From: an uncultured archaeon
GTDB lineage: Archaea; Iainarchaeota; Iainarchaeia; Iainarchaeales; DTGL01
Direction: 5' to 3'
DNA length: 64,000 nucleotides
Assembly (NCBI GenBank): GCA_964551725.1
Contig: CAZKED010000001.1
Coordinates: 55,770 to 119,769, forward strand
Shown here: positions 59,485 to 64,000 of the stretch, in pieces
Layout: every line of letters starts with the position of its first letter
How positions within the stretch are numbered: position 1 is the stretch's first letter
The notes under the pieces: generated by a model
The model's database searches: none
Told to the model about the DNA's origin: nothing
Seen by the model: only the letters and a program-made list of their open reading frames with translations
Made by a program: the position numbers and the translations under genes

Positions 59485-59808
59485 ATGAACGAGCGCGGAG
59501 CGTTGTTTGTTTTCATCATTGCCGCTTTTCTCGTGCTTCTGGTTATTCCACCGCTTGTGATGTACGTGTTTCCTGCGGCAAACCTTTTAATGAGGCTTTT
59601 CCTTGCACTCATGATTTTTATGACCGTGCGCGGCTTTTTGGGCAATTCGCCCTTGACCATTATAATAAGCGCATTGCTCATTTACCTGCTTGTCATAAGG
59701 CATGCCTATTTTACCGCTTCACTGTTCGTGTTTTTCTATGTATTGCTGGCGTTCCAGTTCCTAAGCGTTATAATTTGGGGGCTGAGCGTAACGATGAGGA
59801 GGGCATAG
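59485..59808 (+). CDS. Small multi-TM membrane protein
   Basis: Almost entirely hydrophobic; FLGNSPLTIII motif; GGGGTGA RBS. Confidence 0.75.
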   Translation: MNERGALFVFIIAAFLVLLVIPPLVMYVFPAANLLMRLFLALMIFMTVRGFLGNSPLTIIISALLIYLLVIRHAYFTASLFVFFYVLLAFQFLSVIIWGLSVTMRRA

Positions 59809-59853
59809 AAAAGAATTTATTAACTTTAAAGGAAATAGTTGTGGGGCGAGAGA

Positions 59854-60117
59854 ATGTTTTTCCTTGACATTTGGGGAAATCTGTGGATTGTTTTTTCCCT
59901 TATTTACCTTATATGGCTTTTTGCATGGGCGAAAAGGCAGCTTGGAAGCGTTACGCTTTCGGTGCTTTTCGCCGTAATTGTGGTGTATTTAACCTTCTTC
60001 CAGTACCCCTGGCTTGTGTGGGTGCCGGTTGTATTGTTCCTTTTCGCGTTCTTTTTCCGCGGAATGTTCGAGAAACTCCCGGAGGGAGAAAAAAAGCCGG
60101 ATTATTTGAGGTATTAG
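59854..60117 (+). CDS. Small multi-TM membrane protein
   Basis: WAKRQLGSVTLSVLFAVIVVYL; three TM segments. Confidence 0.75.
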   Translation: MFFLDIWGNLWIVFSLIYLIWLFAWAKRQLGSVTLSVLFAVIVVYLTFFQYPWLVWVPVVLFLFAFFFRGMFEKLPEGEKKPDYLRY

Positions 60118-60133
60118 TGGATTGGTGGTTTGG

Positions 60134-60442
60134 ATGGACACCTTTAACCTTATTATTGCAATTCTGCTCATAGTGCTCGCGTTCCAGTTCCAGCAGGACT
60201 GGCTTGTTTTCGGGACAGTGGCACTGTTGATTCTTTCCCTGAGGTCTTTCAGCACCGCAATAATACTCCTGGCGCTTGTTGGAATACTTTTCTGGGTCGG
60301 CAACTGGGGCGACATAAAGCTGTTGCTCCCCATAATATTGTTCGGACTGCTCATTCTTGCAATAATAATCGGAATGAAGCCCCAGCCAAAGCAGCCGGAA
60401 TATTACGCCCCGGACCTCGGGGGAATGATGGACGGATTCTGA
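60134..60442 (+). CDS. Small multi-TM membrane protein
   Basis: Four short hydrophobic segments; GGTGG RBS. Confidence 0.72.
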   Translation: MDTFNLIIAILLIVLAFQFQQDWLVFGTVALLILSLRSFSTAIILLALVGILFWVGNWGDIKLLLPIILFGLLILAIIIGMKPQPKQPEYYAPDLGGMMDGF

Positions 60443-60447
60443 TTGGA

Positions 60448-60816
60448 ATGAGGTCAGTGCTGCTCGTACTGGTGCTTTTTGCTTTTGCCTTTTACCTTTT
60501 TTTCAACCAGGCAATAGGAATAATTTTCTTTATTGCCGTGCTTGCCCTCTCTCTTGTGCTGATGCTCTGCAGGGGAGCGGAAAAAGCGGGAAGCGCGGGC
60601 AAACACGCACTGAAAAAAATCCACTCGGATTTGAAGGAAGCCGAACCGCAACACCCGCCCCTGGAACTATGGCAGAAGGCAGTGAAAGAGACAGGAAAAA
60701 AGGCGGGAGAGCGCATTAACACCGAGGACGGCTTCTGGACTTCCAGGGGAATGCCCAAAAGGCTGGGGGAGAGCTCGCAGAACCTGATGGACAAATTCTT
60801 CGAATTGTTCAAGTGA
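60448..60816 (+). CDS. Small membrane protein, two N-terminal TM plus soluble tail
   Basis: Hydrophobic aa 3-40; operonic spacing. Confidence 0.7.
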   Translation: MRSVLLVLVLFAFAFYLFFNQAIGIIFFIAVLALSLVLMLCRGAEKAGSAGKHALKKIHSDLKEAEPQHPPLELWQKAVKETGKKAGERINTEDGFWTSRGMPKRLGESSQNLMDKFFELFK

Positions 60817-60840
60817 ACGCGGCTGGCGCCAGCGCCAAAA

Positions 60841-61512
60841 TCAGAGTTTTGCGAGTATTTTTCTGTCGGTTTCGAGTATTTTTTCCATTAGGGAACGGGT
60901 TGCGGCGGTCATTGCCTTTGTTTCCTCCAACTCTTTTCTGAGGAGGGAGAGCGATGAACTTATTGCCTTGAGTTCCTGCATTGCCTCCTGTCCACCTATC
61001 CTGCCCGACATTTTGTCCACTTTTCTATGCATTTCGTCGAGTTTTTCCGCGTGCTCTTCAAGCTGCACGCGGGCAGTGGCTTCCTTCATGTCGCGTTCTT
61101 CTTTTTCCTCTGCAAGGTGGCTCTTTATTCTCTCGGCTGCTTTTTCCGCGGTTTTTTCCGCTATTTTTTCGTGCCTGGATTCTTCCGGGTATTCAAAGGC
61201 TTCTTCGAGCATTTCCTCCGCTGCTTCCTCTCCGGATTCCTCCCCGGCGGCTTCCGCGGCTTCCTCTTCGGACTTCTCTGCGGGTTTTTCTCCCGCCCCG
61301 GCTTCTGCTTCTTTCGCGGGAGAGGGTTCTGCCGGTTTCTCTGCCTTGGACGGTTTTGCCGGTGCCGAGGAAACCTTTTCGAGGAATTCTTTTGCCTTTT
61401 CTTCCGAAAGACCGATGTCCTTGAGGGTGTTTATTATTATTGAATCCTCTATTCCGGAATCCTTCATTTTTTTTATCGTTTCAAGTATTACTTCCTCGTT
61501 CACCATCGGCAT
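60841..61512 (-). CDS. Hypothetical acidic coiled-coil protein
   Basis: Small N-terminal helical domain, E/A/P linker and heptad-like C-terminus. Confidence 0.7.
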   Translation of the reverse strand: MPMVNEEVILETIKKMKDSGIEDSIIINTLKDIGLSEEKAKEFLEKVSSAPAKPSKAEKPAEPSPAKEAEAGAGEKPAEKSEEEAAEAAGEESGEEAAEEMLEEAFEYPEESRHEKIAEKTAEKAAERIKSHLAEEKEERDMKEATARVQLEEHAEKLDEMHRKVDKMSGRIGGQEAMQELKAISSSLSLLRKELEETKAMTAATRSLMEKILETDRKILAKL

Positions 61513-61657
61513 TCCTCAGTGAAAGCAGTTCACTTAAATATTTGGTGATATCCTTTAAAATAGTTTCATTTACCCCTTGTAATGCAAAAAAAGACAACGG
61601 CAAAGGTTTAAATTCCATAAAGCCGATTTTATTATTGCGTATTGCGGTGAGAGGAAA

Positions 61658-63172
61658 ATGGAGCTTAAGGTAAGGGAAGGGCCCTGGAGGATCTTTTTTT
61701 CGGGAGAAATAGAGGGACACGAGGTAGAAGTTTATACAAACCCCGAAAGCCTCATTCTTTCACTTGTTTTTGAAAAGGAGGGCGCGGTGAGGGTGGGAGT
61801 GCTCATTGAAATGTTCAGGGTGTTTTATGCGCACGGCGGACTTGAAAGCTTTATTGAAACCCTGCCGAGGAATGCCTTCCTCATGGAAAGGCACACCAAA
61901 GAGGAGACATTCAAGTTTTTCCTAATCGATTCCGGAATTTCGTATTCGAAGTACGGGGAGGAGGAATTCGCAAAGGAAACAGATGCAATGCTCGAAAAAA
62001 TAAAGTCTTTTTCGCAGATGGTGAAGCAGGTCAGCAGGGCTTACGACGTGGAATTGATTGAACTCGAGGAAAGCTCGAGCAAGGAAATAGAGGCATTCTT
62101 CTCAATGCCCTTGGTAGGACTGCTCGTTGCACCGAAATCCAGGGAAGTGAAAAAGGAAACCGAGGCGCCCGCAAGCGTTGAGGGAGTGAAATACGGGGAA
62201 ATAATATTCGGTCTCACGAAGAAAGGACTGCTTTCAAGGGAACCCCTGATTCTGTTCGACAGAACGATTGTTTACGGAGGCGAAGAGCGTGACAGAACCC
62301 ATGTAATGCACGTGCTCGTTGAAAGCGCTCTGCTTTCCAACATTCCGAGCGTTGTCGTGGACTGGGATAATTCCTTCAAGGGATTGAACTATCCCAACGA
62401 GGAAAGGGCAAAACTCACGGAATACAAGGTTAGAATAGAGCCCGTCGGCTTTCCCACCGAATCTTTTTCTCCGGGAGAATCGGTAAAAGCAGACCTCAAT
62501 CTTGTCGACGGAAAGTCTCTCGCCGAAATGTTCGGTTTTTCCCTGGGAGAGGAAGCCAAAATAATTGAAACCGCTCTCAGGACGCAGAAGCATTCAAGCC
62601 TTGCGGACGTTATACGCGCGGTTGAAGGGATTCCTCTCGCGGATGAAGTTACAAACTTCAAAAAGAGCCGAGTTGTAAGGTTCCTGAAACTCCTTGATGT
62701 CATTTACCCGGATTTTTTCGGGGGAGAAAATCCCCTTGGCGAAATGGTAAGAGGATGGACGAAAGCGCTCGGAAAAACCTCAATAATCGACTGCGCGGGC
62801 AGGGACGAAAGGCAGTCATTGCTTGCATTGCAATGCCTTTTCCGCGGGCTCAAGGAGCATTTCAGGCGGCAGGGGATAAGCGAGCAGTTAAAGCTCTTCA
62901 TTTTTGTTCCCGATGCAGAGAGAATCATTCCGCGCGTGAGGGGAAACCGCATAAACCAGCTTTTGACAGACGACCTTCTCGAAATAAGAAAGTACGGTGT
63001 GGGACTGGCTCTCAGCGCGCCTGAAAGCGTGGACATCGCGAAGGAAGTGAAGGAAAACACGAAGGCAATGCTCAGCATTATAATGAAGAACGACGTCGGC
63101 ATTCAGGTGAGGGACAGGAAATATTACCGGGTTCTCATAAGACCCTCGCTCAGCAGGAGCGTTCTGAAATAG
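61658..63172 (+). CDS. HerA/DUF87/VirB4-like P-loop protein with degenerate Walker motifs
   Basis: TIVYGGEERDRT...LVESALLSNIPSVVVDWDNSFKGL and LFIFVPDAERI...IRKYGVGLALS follow the HerA layout but lack GKS/T and DE. Confidence 0.7.
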   Translation: MELKVREGPWRIFFSGEIEGHEVEVYTNPESLILSLVFEKEGAVRVGVLIEMFRVFYAHGGLESFIETLPRNAFLMERHTKEETFKFFLIDSGISYSKYGEEEFAKETDAMLEKIKSFSQMVKQVSRAYDVELIELEESSSKEIEAFFSMPLVGLLVAPKSREVKKETEAPASVEGVKYGEIIFGLTKKGLLSREPLILFDRTIVYGGEERDRTHVMHVLVESALLSNIPSVVVDWDNSFKGLNYPNEERAKLTEYKVRIEPVGFPTESFSPGESVKADLNLVDGKSLAEMFGFSLGEEAKIIETALRTQKHSSLADVIRAVEGIPLADEVTNFKKSRVVRFLKLLDVIYPDFFGGENPLGEMVRGWTKALGKTSIIDCAGRDERQSLLALQCLFRGLKEHFRRQGISEQLKLFIFVPDAERIIPRVRGNRINQLLTDDLLEIRKYGVGLALSAPESVDIAKEVKENTKAMLSIIMKNDVGIQVRDRKYYRVLIRPSLSRSVLK

Positions 63173-63173
63173 C

Positions 63174-63656
63174 CTACTTTGCCTTTTTCAGTCTCTCGTC
63201 AATCATTTCCTTTACCTGCTCGATTGTCGCCATCTCGCTGGGGTTAATCGAGTCAACCACATACTTTATTTCGGCAAGCTTTTCCGAGGAAACGCTGCTT
63301 TCCTTCAGGTGGTTTATTTCAGCGCGCAGTTCGTCAATCTGCGCGCTGACTTCCCTCAACTGCAGGGAGAATTCCTTCATTTGCGTGTCCATGCCCTCGG
63401 GCACTGCACCCGAACCACGCTCGCTGAATTCCTTTATTTTTTTGTTCAGCACGATCAGGTTCCTGCCGAGGATTTTCTCGTTGCGCGTCACGTGCCTCAT
63501 TTTCTGGGAAACAATGGAAATAGCGCTGTTCAGTGCCTTAACGTCCTCGCGAAGCTGGTTGAGGAGGATTTCCGCTGAAGCGCGCTGCGTAGGTCTCCTC
63601 GGTCTCTCGCTTTCGCGCATCGCCCTCATTTCCCTCCTCGTAAGGCGCTCTTCCAT
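63174..63656 (-). CDS. Hypothetical coiled-coil protein
   Basis: 160-aa ORF with heptad periodicity. Confidence 0.65.
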   Translation of the reverse strand: MEERLTRREMRAMRESERPRRPTQRASAEILLNQLREDVKALNSAISIVSQKMRHVTRNEKILGRNLIVLNKKIKEFSERGSGAVPEGMDTQMKEFSLQLREVSAQIDELRAEINHLKESSVSSEKLAEIKYVVDSINPSEMATIEQVKEMIDERLKKAK

Positions 63657-63766
63657 TTTAAAACCATTCCCTCAAATAAGCCAAATAATTAAGCCGGAGG
63701 GGGTTTAATATTCTTTCGGTTTAGGAGTGCAAACAGCATTAAATATTTCTGCGCATTAAATCCTTC

Positions 63767-64000
63767 ATGGAACCGCGCTGGGGAATAAAGATAGCATATG
63801 AGGTGAAGTATGACAAGAACCAAGATCCAGTTGACTTACGTGCAACCTTTCTATTGGGAAACGGCACCACTGGCAGGGATTTTGTTTCCAACAAGGAAAT
63901 AAGGAAAGCAATTGGAAAACTCCGAAGGAGAAACATGCCGACAAGAGAAGCCTACGTTGGCGTGATACACATGGGCTTTAATCCGGCCACAAGAACCGGA
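63767..64000 (+). CDS. Hypothetical protein, 3' partial
   Basis: ATG 63767 (MEPRWGIKIAYEVKY...) stays open to the window end; ATTAAATA lies about 21 nt upstream. Confidence 0.5.
   Translation, partial: MEPRWGIKIAYEVKYDKNQDPVDLRATFLLGNGTTGRDFVSNKEIRKAIGKLRRRNMPTREAYVGVIHMGFNPATRTG

Noticed and set aside
61658-63172. Pseudogene call for the HerA-like gene
   Set aside because: The ORF is uninterrupted and has a TATA-like box upstream. Only the catalytic motifs are altered.

Overview
Gene-dense archaeal DNA, judged from archaeal-type RibK/RibC, a PAC2 proteasome chaperone, class III signal peptides, an archaeosortase-family gene and TATA/BRE promoters. It is most likely from a DPANN lineage such as Iainarchaeota/Diapherotrites, but that assignment is inference. 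About 50 kb is cell-surface machinery. The window holds two type IV pilus/Tad-like modules, one of which has a four-cluster ferredoxin fused to its ATPase. At least eight class III-signal pilin-like genes are present, including an unannotated 59-aa one. The archaeosortase gene is followed by four paralogous giant (2300-2800 aa) membrane-anchored proteins with a conserved scaffold and variable hydrophobic inserts; one ends in a degenerate lytic transglycosylase-like domain. Further downstream are five small membrane proteins and a HerA/VirB4-like protein with broken Walker motifs. Together these suggest an uncharacterised host-contact, attachment or delivery apparatus. A surface protein at the left edge has a strong D-x-N bias. 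No rRNA, tRNA, CRISPR array or mobile element was recognised.
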